Below, one piece after another: positions 36,828 through 47,507 of a stretch of 64,000 bases of DNA. This DNA comes from Prevotella sp. (GTDB lineage: Bacteria; Bacteroidota; Bacteroidia; Bacteroidales; Bacteroidaceae). The translations under genes and the position numbers were made by a program. Location of the stretch: NCBI GenBank assembly GCA_017449495.1, contig JAFTFO010000017.1, positions 4,805 through 68,804 on the forward strand, written 5' to 3'. The notes beneath the pieces were generated by a model. That model ran no database searches, was not told the DNA's origin, and saw nothing but the letters and a program-made list of their open reading frames with translations. How positions within the stretch are numbered: position 1 is the first letter of the stretch; each line of letters starts with the position of its first letter.

Positions 36828-38357
36828 ATGAATACAATCAACAAAATAGCGGATGGCGTTATTTGGACGATTGCCAGTAGGTTTCTGAGTGCTGCCTATG
36901 CTTTTATTGCCGTACCTATCTTGATTAGACTCTATGGTAAGGCCGATTACGGACTGATAGGCTTGGCTTTATCTATCAATGTCTATATGACTTTGTTGGA
37001 TTTAGGCTTCTCAAATACGAATCTTCGGTATTTCTCTAATTATCTGGCTAAGAATGATTTAGAAAGTGTTAAGAAACTCTTTGGAACGAGTATTTCTTTT
37101 TATGGCCTGATAGGTTTTGCCAATGCCCTGATCATTTTTGTCCTCTCATTCTTTGTCGGCGATATCTTTGAGGTTACTGCTGAGCAGGCTGTTATCCTGA
37201 AGAGCTTGCTCTATGTCATTGCTTTGAATGCCATCTTTAACTGGTATACCAATTGCTTTGGGCAACTCATTCAAGGAGCCGAATATGTTGATTTTTTCAG
37301 CAAAATCAGTTTTATAGGGAATCTTCTTAATGTGGTGGTCTTGGCACTGACACTGTTGTTCAAATTCTCTATTGTAGAATATTATGCAGCTCTTGTATTT
37401 CTTGGTCTTATCTATAGGACGGTCTTGTCAATCAGGAAAATCAAGGTTATTATACCAGATATTTCATTCAGGCCTCATTTTGATAAGCATCTGTTCAAGG
37501 AGACACTGCCGTATAGTATGAACATATTCTCAGTGTCACTATTAACTTGGGGCGCCATGCAGCTGCAGCCTTTATTGTTAGGTATACGATGTAATTCAAG
37601 TGAGGTGACAGATTACACCGTGATAGCCTCCATCTATGGTTTCTTAGGATTTGTAGGTGGAGCATTCAATTCGTCGATATTCCCATCGGTGACAAAAGCG
37701 GTGACTTTGAATAATAGAGAGGTTATTGATCGAGTTGCTTATCAGGGAACTAAGTATTTGGTGATTGTCATCTGCTTTGTCACTTTTGGTTATATAAGTG
37801 TGTCACCGGATGTCATGAATCTATATCTGGGCGATTCTTTCATGTATCTGGTCCCTTGGATGGATGTATATTTTATAAATCTCCTTGGTAGTCATAATGC
37901 TGGTATGTCAGCCATCATTTATGCTGGTACGGACATCAAGTTGATTACTCGCTATTCTGCATTTTCCTATATTACGATGGTCATTATCTTCTGGTTTCTG
38001 ATTCCCTTTTACGGAGCACGAAGTGTTGCCATATCAGGAACGATTTGTAGTATCATGCAGATGACGTTTTATTATTTTTATTACTGGCCGAAGAAACTGC
38101 AGATTAATGCCCGATATATTTTCTGGAAGGATCTGTTGCCATTCGCATTTGTTGGGCTAGTTATCGCTTGTGGGCTTAGGTTGATTCCTGTGGCTGATTC
38201 TCATTTGGTTCAGTTAATAGTTAAAGGCCTTATGTTTGTGTTGATATTTTCTGCAGCAGTGTTTGCGATGATAGACGAGAAGGATAGAACTTTCTTTGCT
38301 TGGTTCGTCAAGGCAAAAGTCCTTCGGAGGGGTGGAACAGATGTGAATGCAGGATGA
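36828..38357 (+). CDS. wzx: Wzx-type oligosaccharide flippase
   Basis: 509 aa with many TMs. N-terminal PILIRLYGKADYGLI...LLDLGF pattern. Confidence 0.85.
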   Translation: MNTINKIADGVIWTIASRFLSAAYAFIAVPILIRLYGKADYGLIGLALSINVYMTLLDLGFSNTNLRYFSNYLAKNDLESVKKLFGTSISFYGLIGFANALIIFVLSFFVGDIFEVTAEQAVILKSLLYVIALNAIFNWYTNCFGQLIQGAEYVDFFSKISFIGNLLNVVVLALTLLFKFSIVEYYAALVFLGLIYRTVLSIRKIKVIIPDISFRPHFDKHLFKETLPYSMNIFSVSLLTWGAMQLQPLLLGIRCNSSEVTDYTVIASIYGFLGFVGGAFNSSIFPSVTKAVTLNNREVIDRVAYQGTKYLVIVICFVTFGYISVSPDVMNLYLGDSFMYLVPWMDVYFINLLGSHNAGMSAIIYAGTDIKLITRYSAFSYITMVIIFWFLIPFYGARSVAISGTICSIMQMTFYYFYYWPKKLQINARYIFWKDLLPFAFVGLVIACGLRLIPVADSHLVQLIVKGLMFVLIFSAAVFAMIDEKDRTFFAWFVKAKVLRRGGTDVNAG

Positions 38358-39301
38358 GGAAACCGCTGGTATTAGTATTGATGTCCACCTATAATGGTGA
38401 GCGCTTCCTAAAAGAACAGATAGATAGTATTTTATCGCAACAAGGCGTTGATGTTCGCTTATTAATCCGCGATGATGGTTCTATGGATCAGACGTGTGCC
38501 ATCCTTTCTGAATATGCTTCTGTTCATGAGAATATAGTATGGCATGCATGTCAGAATGTTGGTTTCGTCAACAGTTTCTCTGCGCTAATAAGGATGGCCT
38601 TAGAGTCAGATATACCTGCAGACTTTTATGCTTTTTCTGATCAGGATGATGTTTGGATGCCAGAGAAACTTATCACGGCTTGTTCGGTACTAGCGTCAAA
38701 AGACGCATCAAAACCTAACCTTTTTACTTCCAATTCCATGCAGATTGATGCAGAGGGGAAAGAGTTGGACCTCTTCCACAAGGGACCAGAACCGAAATTC
38801 AGAAAAGGAAATGTACTCGTTTTTGGAACAGAACAAGGTTGTAGCATGGTCTTTAATAGAAAGGCGATGGAGTTTTACTCAGAATGTGACCCGATAATAA
38901 CTTGGCATGACCGATGGTTGTATCATATTTGTTATTTCTTTGGAAACGTGACATATGATCATCGGCCATTGTTCTTTTATCGTAGACATGAGAATAATGC
39001 TTTGGCTAATCATCATGCAGGAAGTTTGGAGGGAGAACGAAGCAAGATAGTCAGAGTCTATCGAATCCTATTTGTGGAGCCACCCGTGACAAACCATGTG
39101 GAAATGGCTAAGGAATTTTATGATCATTTTGCATCAAAACTTAATCCGAACGACCGTAAGATTTTCAAGCGTTTTATTGCATGCAGGAAGAGTATCGTGT
39201 CAAAGATATATATGTTGTTTTCGCGCCATTTTATTTATCCATATTATGATGCGAATGAAGGTCGATTGTTGAAATGGCTAATTTTGGCAGGTAGATTATA
39301 A
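38354..39301 (+). CDS. Glycosyltransferase family 2 (rhamnosyltransferase-like)
   Basis: Start ATG 38354. LMSTYNGE, RDDGS, FSDQDDVW, WHDRW, YRRH. Confidence 0.88.
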   Translation: MRKPLVLVLMSTYNGERFLKEQIDSILSQQGVDVRLLIRDDGSMDQTCAILSEYASVHENIVWHACQNVGFVNSFSALIRMALESDIPADFYAFSDQDDVWMPEKLITACSVLASKDASKPNLFTSNSMQIDAEGKELDLFHKGPEPKFRKGNVLVFGTEQGCSMVFNRKAMEFYSECDPIITWHDRWLYHICYFFGNVTYDHRPLFFYRRHENNALANHHAGSLEGERSKIVRVYRILFVEPPVTNHVEMAKEFYDHFASKLNPNDRKIFKRFIACRKSIVSKIYMLFSRHFIYPYYDANEGRLLKWLILAGRL

Positions 39302-39312
39302 AGAAAAATTTG

Positions 39313-41082
39313 ATGGAATCGAATAAGATACTTGCAATAGTTGTAACATATTATCCAGAACAGGATTTGCTGGTTCGGAATGTTCAGGCATTCATTGAAC
39401 ATGTAAGCAAGGTCCTTATATGGGAAAATACGCCTTCTCCTGACAAATTGCAATATCGGTATGTAGTACATGAGAAAGTAGAGTATTACGGAGATGGTAT
39501 CAATAGTATATCGAGAGCGTTGAATTTTGCTTGGGAATATGCTAATGAGAACGGATTCGATTACTTGTTAACGATGGATCAAGACTCATATTTTGAGAAT
39601 TTTGATTTCTATATTGGCAAGACAGTTTTTTGTGAAAATGCGCCAGATGGTATTTGGACCCCTCAGATGAATGGAGAATTTGTCTCGACAGAATATGAAG
39701 AGATAGATATTCCAATTACTTCTGGCATGCTTGCTTCTGTCAGGATTGTCAATGCAATTGGAGGTTGGAATGAGTCGTATACGATTGCGTCTGTTGATGA
39801 TGAATTCTTCCTACAGGCGCATCAGTGTAAGATTAAGAAGTATAAAGTGAAAGACGCTTCTTTGTTGCAACGCTTTGGTATCACTCAGGTTGTGACGGTA
39901 TTTGGACATAAACTTGAACTTAGAAACTATGGTCCCCAAAGACTTTACGATATTTATAGGAATAATATAATTCTGATTCGTAAATATCCAAAGATTGACT
40001 ATCTAAGGAAGAACTTTTTCCATTATTGGCTAAAAGCAATTGTTTTGGTATTCTTGTTTGAGAAGCAGCGGTTTAGGAAAACGGCAGCAATCTTTAAAGG
40101 CATTATTTCAGGACTCAGATATAAGAATGAAGAGTTAAGGAATCTTGGTATTGCCAGCCTAAAGAAAGAAACAAATGTCTTGGTTCTGATGTCAACCTAT
40201 AATGGTGAGGCTTATTTGAAAAAACAGTTAGATAGTATCCTTTTTCAAGATAAAGTAAAGGTCCATCTTATGGTCAGAGATGATGGATCCACGGACCATA
40301 CTTGTGAAATATTAGCCGAATATGCAGAAAGGTTTCCTAATATGGAGTGGCAGAACTCAAAGAACGTAGGCTTTGTTCGCAGTTTCTCTCTTCTTGCAGA
40401 AAAAGCATTGGCCTACCCTGAAGCTATAGATTATTATGCGTTCTCTGACCAAGATGATATATGGATGCCCAACAAGTTGAAAACTGCATGTCGCTATTTG
40501 GAAGATTTTGATAAGGATACACCACTATTGTTCTCCTCTAATTCACTATTTGTTGATGATAATATGAATGTTTTAGGATCTTTTCATAATGAAACACCTC
40601 ATTACACAAAACAGAATGTAATGATTTATCCTACAGAGCAGGGATGTAGTATGGTGTTCAACAGAAGTGCATTAGTGTTGTATGACCAAAATCCTCCGAA
40701 GAATGCATGGCATGACCGTTGGATGTGTTTGATCTGTAATTTCCTAGGTCAATCAGTATATTGTCAGAGTCCTTTATTTTACTATCGCATTCATGGTGGC
40801 AATATGATAGGTAAAAAGCAGAAATTCTGGGATAGGATAGTGGATGATGTCAAGTTCTTCTTTACATCAGATGCCAAGAATTCCCAGATGGTAGAAGAAT
40901 TTTATCACTCCTATCAGTCTCGGCTGAGTAATGAAGATCGGGACATTCTGAATGTATTCCTACATTATAAAGGTTCTATTAAGAATAAGTGGAAAATAGT
41001 CATGTCGCCAGAATATCAGAGAGCATCGAATTGGCAGGAAAGAATGAGAAAGGCTGTCCTTTTACTTTTTAATAGGATTTAA
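39313..41082 (+). CDS. Two-domain GT2-GT2 fusion glycosyltransferase
   Basis: N-half VVTYYP, LTMDQDS, ITSGML. C-half LMSTYNGE, RDDGS, FSDQDDIW, WHDRW. Confidence 0.85.
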   Translation: MESNKILAIVVTYYPEQDLLVRNVQAFIEHVSKVLIWENTPSPDKLQYRYVVHEKVEYYGDGINSISRALNFAWEYANENGFDYLLTMDQDSYFENFDFYIGKTVFCENAPDGIWTPQMNGEFVSTEYEEIDIPITSGMLASVRIVNAIGGWNESYTIASVDDEFFLQAHQCKIKKYKVKDASLLQRFGITQVVTVFGHKLELRNYGPQRLYDIYRNNIILIRKYPKIDYLRKNFFHYWLKAIVLVFLFEKQRFRKTAAIFKGIISGLRYKNEELRNLGIASLKKETNVLVLMSTYNGEAYLKKQLDSILFQDKVKVHLMVRDDGSTDHTCEILAEYAERFPNMEWQNSKNVGFVRSFSLLAEKALAYPEAIDYYAFSDQDDIWMPNKLKTACRYLEDFDKDTPLLFSSNSLFVDDNMNVLGSFHNETPHYTKQNVMIYPTEQGCSMVFNRSALVLYDQNPPKNAWHDRWMCLICNFLGQSVYCQSPLFYYRIHGGNMIGKKQKFWDRIVDDVKFFFTSDAKNSQMVEEFYHSYQSRLSNEDRDILNVFLHYKGSIKNKWKIVMSPEYQRASNWQERMRKAVLLLFNRI

Positions 41083-41083
41083 T

Positions 41084-42091
41084 ATGATGGAACTCAGTAT
41101 CATTATTCCAGTTTGTAATGTAGAACAATATATCGGATCCTGTCTGGGAAGTATCTATCGTCAGGGCCTTCGCGAAAGTGACTTTGAGGTTATTGTTATA
41201 AATGATGGCTCAACAGATCAGACTATGACTGTTGTAGAAGAGATGATGAACTGTCATCATAATATTCATGTAATCAATCAAAGTAATGCTGGTCCTTCTG
41301 TATCTCGGAATGCTGGTATGGAAAAGGCAACGGGCGAGTATGTCTTGTTTGTAGACTCTGATGATTTGCTGATGGATAACGGTCTCTCTGTATTAATGCA
41401 GAAGGCCATTGAAACCTCTGCCGAGATGGTCGTCCCTGATTATATAAGGAAGAAAGATGGTGAGATTGCGCCTCAATACGAAGCAAGGATCACAGATCCT
41501 CAGATTATAGACAAGTCTGGCCTTGAATATTATGTTGAAGATTATAACCCTCAAATGGGCAGTTTTATTTGGCGCATTCTCTATAAAAGATCATTTCTTA
41601 ATGAGAATCATATAAGACTTGTTCCTGGAGTCTATTATGAAGACATCCCATTTCTTCAGGAGTGTTTCCTTAAAGCCCAGCGGGTCATAGGCATACACCT
41701 ATTATATTATATATATAGAATCAGACAGCGTTCTTGTACCTATTCATTTACAATGAAAAACGCGATGGACTATAATACAGCCATCGCCAATTCATGGCGA
41801 CTGACAAAATTACCCAATCTACCAAAGAGAGTAAGTCGCCAGCAGGAAAAGAACATTCATATCTTTTTTAATTATGCAGTTGATTGTATAATTGGCGTGT
41901 TTAGAGATCCGTCTGAAAGAAAGATGATTGTTGACGATTTGAGGAAGAAAGTGCCAGATATGAGTTTTTCCGGTGGGCTGGGGGCATGGGCCATCTCCAT
42001 ATCGTTTAAAACGGTGCCCCATGCGTATATTAATTGGCGTCTGTTCAATACAAAAGTTGCGAATTGGTTCCACGCACGGTTAAGCCTATAA
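41084..42091 (+). CDS. Glycosyltransferase family 2
   Basis: SIIIPVCNVEQY, INDGSTD, SRNAG, FVDSDD, YEDIPF. Confidence 0.88.
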   Translation: MMELSIIIPVCNVEQYIGSCLGSIYRQGLRESDFEVIVINDGSTDQTMTVVEEMMNCHHNIHVINQSNAGPSVSRNAGMEKATGEYVLFVDSDDLLMDNGLSVLMQKAIETSAEMVVPDYIRKKDGEIAPQYEARITDPQIIDKSGLEYYVEDYNPQMGSFIWRILYKRSFLNENHIRLVPGVYYEDIPFLQECFLKAQRVIGIHLLYYIYRIRQRSCTYSFTMKNAMDYNTAIANSWRLTKLPNLPKRVSRQQEKNIHIFFNYAVDCIIGVFRDPSERKMIVDDLRKKVPDMSFSGGLGAWAISISFKTVPHAYINWRLFNTKVANWFHARLSL

Positions 42092-42101
42092 TTGCTCTGT
42101 T

Positions 42102-43370
42102 ATGATGAAGGTTCTATGGTTTTCTGTTACGCCACTCTCTATACATGCGGGAGAGAATACTGGAATAGAAGGCAAAGGGTGGATATCGTCCTTGTTACAG
42201 ATAGCCCTTGGCATTGAAGACATAGAATTAGTTGTTGCGTATGAAAACTATTCTCCTCAAAAAAGGGGAGTAGAGGAAAGTGAAAGACTTAAGATTATCC
42301 CCATTAATATTTGCCGATATGGGAAAAGGCAGATTATCAAGGATATGATGACTTATCGTGAAGTGGATGATTTTATTCTTTCAGAATCATTGAAGATTAT
42401 TCATGAAAATACGCCGGATCTGATTCATATCTTTGGGTCTGAGTGGTGTTTCGGACTTATCACTAAATATGTGAGTATTCCTGTAGTCATTCATATGCAG
42501 GGATTCTGGTCGCAGATAAGGAATTGTCTTCTGTTGCCAGGACAGAGTTCCCTTTTTGATAGATTTAAACCGGAGTTGCTGACTCATCCATTAGGTTTCT
42601 TTGCCAGATATCAGTATTACAATTTATCTATGGAACGCCACAGACGTGAGGAGGAGATACTAAGACAAAATAGCTTCTATATGTGTCGTACAAGATGGGA
42701 TCAGTCTGTTGTTAAGTTTTACAATAAAGATGCGCGGATTTTTCATGTAGATGAGGCTTTACGACATGAGTTTGTCGAATGTAAAGACAGATGGAAGCCT
42801 CATGCAGTGGATAAGAAGATTGTGATTGTCACAATAGGTGCGTGCTACTCCATCAAGGGACCTGATGTGGTATTAAAGACAGCAAAACTAATCCATGAGA
42901 ATACGGATTATGATGTAGTATGGAAATGGATTGGTGGTACAAATGATGAGATCAGAGAATTTGAGAAACTTACAAAGGTGAAGGCACATGAAGTAGGTGT
43001 CAAGATGATGGGTACCATGAATGCCACGGAGATGATAAAAGAGTTGTTATCTTCTGATATGTATGTTCATACATCTTATTCAGATAATAGCCCCAATGCA
43101 GTATGTGAGGCTCAATATCTGGGCATGCCAGTTATAGCAACGGATACAGGAGGAGTCGTTTCATTGTTTAGTGAGCAATATGATAAGAATATGATTGTCC
43201 CCATGAATGACCCGTTCTATCTGGCGTCTAAAATAATTGAGCTTCGAGAAGATGAGACAAAGGCAAAATGTCTTGCTGAAGATAATTGGAAAATCGCTCA
43301 TCTGCGACATGACGAAAAGAGAATCTTAAGACAGTTAAAAGACACGTATCTTCAGCTATGCGAGTTATAG
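42102..43370 (+). CDS. Glycosyltransferase family 4
   Basis: PDLIHIFGSE, IKG, DNSPNAVCEAQYLGMPVIATDTGG. Confidence 0.85.
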   Translation: MMKVLWFSVTPLSIHAGENTGIEGKGWISSLLQIALGIEDIELVVAYENYSPQKRGVEESERLKIIPINICRYGKRQIIKDMMTYREVDDFILSESLKIIHENTPDLIHIFGSEWCFGLITKYVSIPVVIHMQGFWSQIRNCLLLPGQSSLFDRFKPELLTHPLGFFARYQYYNLSMERHRREEEILRQNSFYMCRTRWDQSVVKFYNKDARIFHVDEALRHEFVECKDRWKPHAVDKKIVIVTIGACYSIKGPDVVLKTAKLIHENTDYDVVWKWIGGTNDEIREFEKLTKVKAHEVGVKMMGTMNATEMIKELLSSDMYVHTSYSDNSPNAVCEAQYLGMPVIATDTGGVVSLFSEQYDKNMIVPMNDPFYLASKIIELREDETKAKCLAEDNWKIAHLRHDEKRILRQLKDTYLQLCEL

Positions 43371-44602
43371 ATGTTATATATTTCCTGTTTCTTGTAACCT
43401 TGTCACTTGATCCGACTGGCTACCACTCTCGCTTGAAGGATCTCTTGTTCGTTGTTCTAGTAATCTATGGAGCTATTTATTGCTTGAAACGTCGGCAATA
43501 TCTTGCTCCAGTTAATAGAATTACTTTCCTAATATTCCTTTTGATTCCTTTGTGGGGAATGTTTATCGCTTATATTACAGGCAGTTTGAGTGATAATGGC
43601 TATGCGATGAGCCAGATGAGATCAATGCTATATATATCGATATTCTTTTTTGTGGTGACCATGCGATTAAATGTCATTTTAAAAGCCATTTGGATTAATG
43701 GTATCATTATGGCAGTATTAACGTTAATTCTTTTTTTTCTCTCTCAGTTGGGGGGAGTTTTCTTGGCAGCCATTTATGATTATTGTAATGCCTCTGATAA
43801 TTATACAATGGCATATAACCGTAATTTCCTAGGTTACGCTATCAATGGCCTATATTTCAAGGCTGGCTCTCTTATTATTTTCTCATTTATTTATAATCTT
43901 TACCAGTATAAAGGGCCTTTTAGATTGTTTTTCACAATTGTTCTTTATCTGTCGCTGATGGTTGCAGGTTCCCGTACACCGATGCTCGTACAGACAATGA
44001 TTCTTTTAGTATATCTTTATGATAAGAATATCTTTGGCAAGTTCTTGACAAGGGTTTCTGCATTACTTTTTTTGGGAGTGTTGGTTATGGTGACTTATCT
44101 CCTAGCAACACAAGAAAAAGAGTCATCTAACGAGGTAAAGTATGATAACTTTGAATCATATGTCGAGGATATGGGGGATAAGGGACATTCCATATGGGGA
44201 GCAGGATTAGGCAGTGAGTTTTATGCAAAGGGGCGTGGCCTAAAGTTGTCTTATACAGAACTCTCATATATGGATATTTTGCGAATTTACGGTCTTCCTG
44301 TAGGACTATGCTTTGTTTTTCTCTTCTTTGCCCCATGTTTTTGGTTATGGAAGTATTTCCCGCGCTCCCAGTTCTTAAAACGATATTGTCTGGGATATGT
44401 GCTGTTCCTAATTCTCTCTGGTACTAATCCTCTATTGTTAGGCTCGATAGGGTTGACAGCTCTATCACTATTTATGGCGATAGTTAACAAAACGTCAGAG
44501 ATGGAAAAAGAAAAGAAAGAGCTGCTGTTAGATGCGGGGAAGTCTGAATCTACAGAGGAAGAGACAGAACCGCTGGTAGTTGATAATTGTTTGTTGAGAT
44601 GA
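43358..44602 (+). CDS. wzy: Wzy-like polysaccharide polymerase
   Basis: 414 aa with about 10 TMs. AGSRT, GAGLG and ELSYMDILRIYG loop motifs; lies among glycosyltransferases. Confidence 0.7.
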   Translation: MRVIDVIYFLFLVTLSLDPTGYHSRLKDLLFVVLVIYGAIYCLKRRQYLAPVNRITFLIFLLIPLWGMFIAYITGSLSDNGYAMSQMRSMLYISIFFFVVTMRLNVILKAIWINGIIMAVLTLILFFLSQLGGVFLAAIYDYCNASDNYTMAYNRNFLGYAINGLYFKAGSLIIFSFIYNLYQYKGPFRLFFTIVLYLSLMVAGSRTPMLVQTMILLVYLYDKNIFGKFLTRVSALLFLGVLVMVTYLLATQEKESSNEVKYDNFESYVEDMGDKGHSIWGAGLGSEFYAKGRGLKLSYTELSYMDILRIYGLPVGLCFVFLFFAPCFWLWKYFPRSQFLKRYCLGYVLFLILSGTNPLLLGSIGLTALSLFMAIVNKTSEMEKEKKELLLDAGKSESTEEETEPLVVDNCLLR

Positions 44603-45498
44603 AAGAAGTAACTATATTGCTGTCTTCTTATAATGGGGAGGCTTATCTGGAAGAACAGCTTGAGAGCATTGTGGCTCAGAAAGACGTTCAGACAAATATT
44701 CTCGTCCGTGATGATGGCTCATCTGACCGCACATGCGACATTTTAGACCAATGGCAGCAAAAGGCAAATCTCTCGTGGTATCGCGGTGAGAATATCGGAC
44801 CAGCTCGGAGCTTTATGGATTTGCTTCGGCAGGCTGGTGACTCATGCTATTATGCTTTCTCAGATCAAGACGATTATTGGCTTTCTGATAAGTTGAAAGT
44901 CGCTGTTGACAAATTGGAGTCATATGAGAAGCGTCCGGCCCTGTATTTCTGCCAGACGGAGTTGGTGGATAAGAATCTGAACCGTGTCAACAGTGTGATC
45001 ATCCATCCGCGACTAACCTTCGGAGAGTCTTTGGTGTATCAGTTTGTTGGTGGTTGTACGATGGTGATGAACCGGGCTTTGCGTGATATCATCCTCAAGT
45101 ATGACCCGCAGTATCTGAGCATGCACGACGTGTGGATTTACGATGTGGCACAAGCCATTGGTGCCCACGTGGTGTTTGATCATATTCCACATATCCTTTA
45201 TCGCCAGCATGGTGGAAACGTCACAGGACAGTCAACCTCTGTCATGACGGAATGGAAGCATCGTACGGGTAGGTTAATGAAGCGTGACCTGCACTCTCGC
45301 TCGAAGGTCGCCCAAGAGATTTATAAGGGCTATTACGATATGATGCCAGAGGAGAATAGAGGTCTGTTGACAGATTTTATTGTGGCTAAGACACACCTGA
45401 AACAACGTTTTCAGTTGCTTCGCGACCGTCGGTTCCGATGTGGTGACAGAGAGACCTATCATAATTTCCGGATGGCCGTTCTGATGAATATCTATTAA
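44599..45498 (+). CDS. Glycosyltransferase family 2 (rhamnosyltransferase-like)
   Basis: Start ATG 44599. LLSSYNGE, RDDGS, FSDQDDYW, GCTM, MHDVW, YRQHGGN. Confidence 0.88.
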   Translation: MKEVTILLSSYNGEAYLEEQLESIVAQKDVQTNILVRDDGSSDRTCDILDQWQQKANLSWYRGENIGPARSFMDLLRQAGDSCYYAFSDQDDYWLSDKLKVAVDKLESYEKRPALYFCQTELVDKNLNRVNSVIIHPRLTFGESLVYQFVGGCTMVMNRALRDIILKYDPQYLSMHDVWIYDVAQAIGAHVVFDHIPHILYRQHGGNVTGQSTSVMTEWKHRTGRLMKRDLHSRSKVAQEIYKGYYDMMPEENRGLLTDFIVAKTHLKQRFQLLRDRRFRCGDRETYHNFRMAVLMNIY

Positions 45499-45520
45499 TT
45501 GCCGATATACCGATTTCGAC

Positions 45521-46324
45521 TTGGAACCAAAGATATCTGTTATAACCATCACGTATAATAGTAAGGCGACACTCGAGCAGACCATCCTGAGTGTCACGAC
45601 GCAAGACTATCCTGCTTTGGAGTACGTGATTATTGACGGCGGGTCTACCGACGGCACACTTGATATCATCAAGAAGTATGAAGACAAGATACAAGTAGTC
45701 GTTTCAGAACCTGACCGTGGTATCAGTGATGCCTTTAATAAGGGCATAGACAGGGCTACGGGTGAAATTGTTGGCATCATTAACTCTGACGATATTTTGT
45801 TGCCTGATGCCTTACAGAAGGTAGCGGAGAAATATGATCCGCAAATAGATGTCTATAGTGGACTGATCCTTTTCTGGAATGAGGATACAAACGAGACATT
45901 CCCAAGCTATCCTGACGTGACATTCGACGGACTCAAACTGCAATATAATGTGGCCCATCCTGCCCGATTCATTAGGAAAGATGCCTATGAACGGTATGGC
46001 CTGTATCGGGAGGATCTGCGCTATATGATGGATATTGAACTCCTTTGCCGATTCTATCAGCAAGGGGCCAGGTTCTTGCTCATAGACTGTCCGTTGGCTA
46101 AGTTCCGTATAGGAGGAACAACAAATGATCCAATCTATAAGAAAAAAGAAGACTATCGTTCCTTTGTCCGGAGTTTCGGCGGATCAGAGTGGGACTTCCG
46201 TCGGATTTGGTTACAGGCGGTTGTCAAATATAATCTGATACAGGTTGGATATCGCCTTTTTGGTAATAACTTAAAGTTCAAGATACAGCACAACGCTATC
46301 TTAAAACGCGTGATTCCACTATGA
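45521..46324 (+). CDS. Glycosyltransferase family 2 (WcaE-like)
   Basis: TTG start. IDGGSTDGT, SEPDRGISDAFNKG, INSDD. Confidence 0.85.
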   Translation: MEPKISVITITYNSKATLEQTILSVTTQDYPALEYVIIDGGSTDGTLDIIKKYEDKIQVVVSEPDRGISDAFNKGIDRATGEIVGIINSDDILLPDALQKVAEKYDPQIDVYSGLILFWNEDTNETFPSYPDVTFDGLKLQYNVAHPARFIRKDAYERYGLYREDLRYMMDIELLCRFYQQGARFLLIDCPLAKFRIGGTTNDPIYKKKEDYRSFVRSFGGSEWDFRRIWLQAVVKYNLIQVGYRLFGNNLKFKIQHNAILKRVIPL

Positions 46325-47463
46325 AGATTATCCGTTCAGCAACGGTTCCCCAGAGTCTCGACACCTTCTGTTGTGGCTTGCTAAAGAAGTTGAGCGAGAA
46401 GTATGAGGTGGTGGCACTCAGTTCTCCCGGTGAAGAGATGCAGGTCATCGCTGAGAGGGAAGGCGTACGTACGATAGAGGTGCCCATGGAACGGCACATC
46501 TCTCCGTGGAAGGATATTGTTGCTTTGTATCGGCTGATACAAGTGTTCCGTCAGGAGCAGCCAACAATGGTACATTCCATGACACCTAAGGCTGGCCTGC
46601 TTTGTATGGTAGCAGCATGGTTGACACGGGTTCCAGTACGGGTACATACATTTACAGGCTTAGTGTTTCCAACGTCAAAGGGCATTCAACGTAAACTGCT
46701 GATGTTGACAGACGCGATTACATGTCGTTGTGCAACGTATGTGATCCCGGAAGGAGAAGGGGTAAAAAAGGACTTGCTTGACTATGGTATTACGAACAAA
46801 CCATTGCGAGTGCTTGGCTTCGGAAATGTGATGGGAGTCGATATGAATTATTTTAGCCGCAGACCTGAAGTGATGGAGAAAGCCCGTCTGTTGCGTGATG
46901 ATAGCTGTTTTACATTTCTTTTTGTTGGACGTATTGTCCGTGACAAAGGCATCAATGAGTTGTGTGAGGCATTTGATAAGTTATCTCATGAAAAGGTACC
47001 AGTACGCTTGTTGCTTGTCGGCCCTCGTGAGGACAACTTGGATCCGGTGTCTGAACACTCGATTGAAATCATGACATCAAATCCTACTATTACATATGTT
47101 GGTGGAAAGTTTGGTGAAGAACTGTTAGCTTACTATGCGGCAGCCGACTGCTTTGTATTCCCAAGTTACCGTGAGGGATTTCCCAATACTGTCCTTGAGG
47201 CTGGTGCGATGGGGTTGCCAAGTATCGTAACTGATATCAACGGCTCCCGTGAGATTATTGTTGATAACGAGAACGGCTATATCATCCCCCCGCGAGATAG
47301 TGAATCGTTACTTGCAGCTATGCAGCGTATAATGAATGATCACCGCAGACGTTCCTATATGGCTTCGCATGCCAGGAACATGATCGGCTGCCGATTTGAA
47401 CAAGGGTTCGTGAGACAGTGCCTTTTCGAATTCTACGATGTCATTATGCCGGAGGCATCCTGA
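46321..47463 (+). CDS. Glycosyltransferase family 4 (CapM-like)
   Basis: HSMTPKAGL, HTFTGL, FVGRIVRDKGINEL, PSYREGFPNTVLEAGAMGLP. Confidence 0.88.
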   Translation: MKIIRSATVPQSLDTFCCGLLKKLSEKYEVVALSSPGEEMQVIAEREGVRTIEVPMERHISPWKDIVALYRLIQVFRQEQPTMVHSMTPKAGLLCMVAAWLTRVPVRVHTFTGLVFPTSKGIQRKLLMLTDAITCRCATYVIPEGEGVKKDLLDYGITNKPLRVLGFGNVMGVDMNYFSRRPEVMEKARLLRDDSCFTFLFVGRIVRDKGINELCEAFDKLSHEKVPVRLLLVGPREDNLDPVSEHSIEIMTSNPTITYVGGKFGEELLAYYAAADCFVFPSYREGFPNTVLEAGAMGLPSIVTDINGSREIIVDNENGYIIPPRDSESLLAAMQRIMNDHRRRSYMASHARNMIGCRFEQGFVRQCLFEFYDVIMPEAS

Positions 47464-47507
47464 AGGCTGCGATTAAGCGAGAACAGGCATGATGTGAAAT
47501 ATTAATT

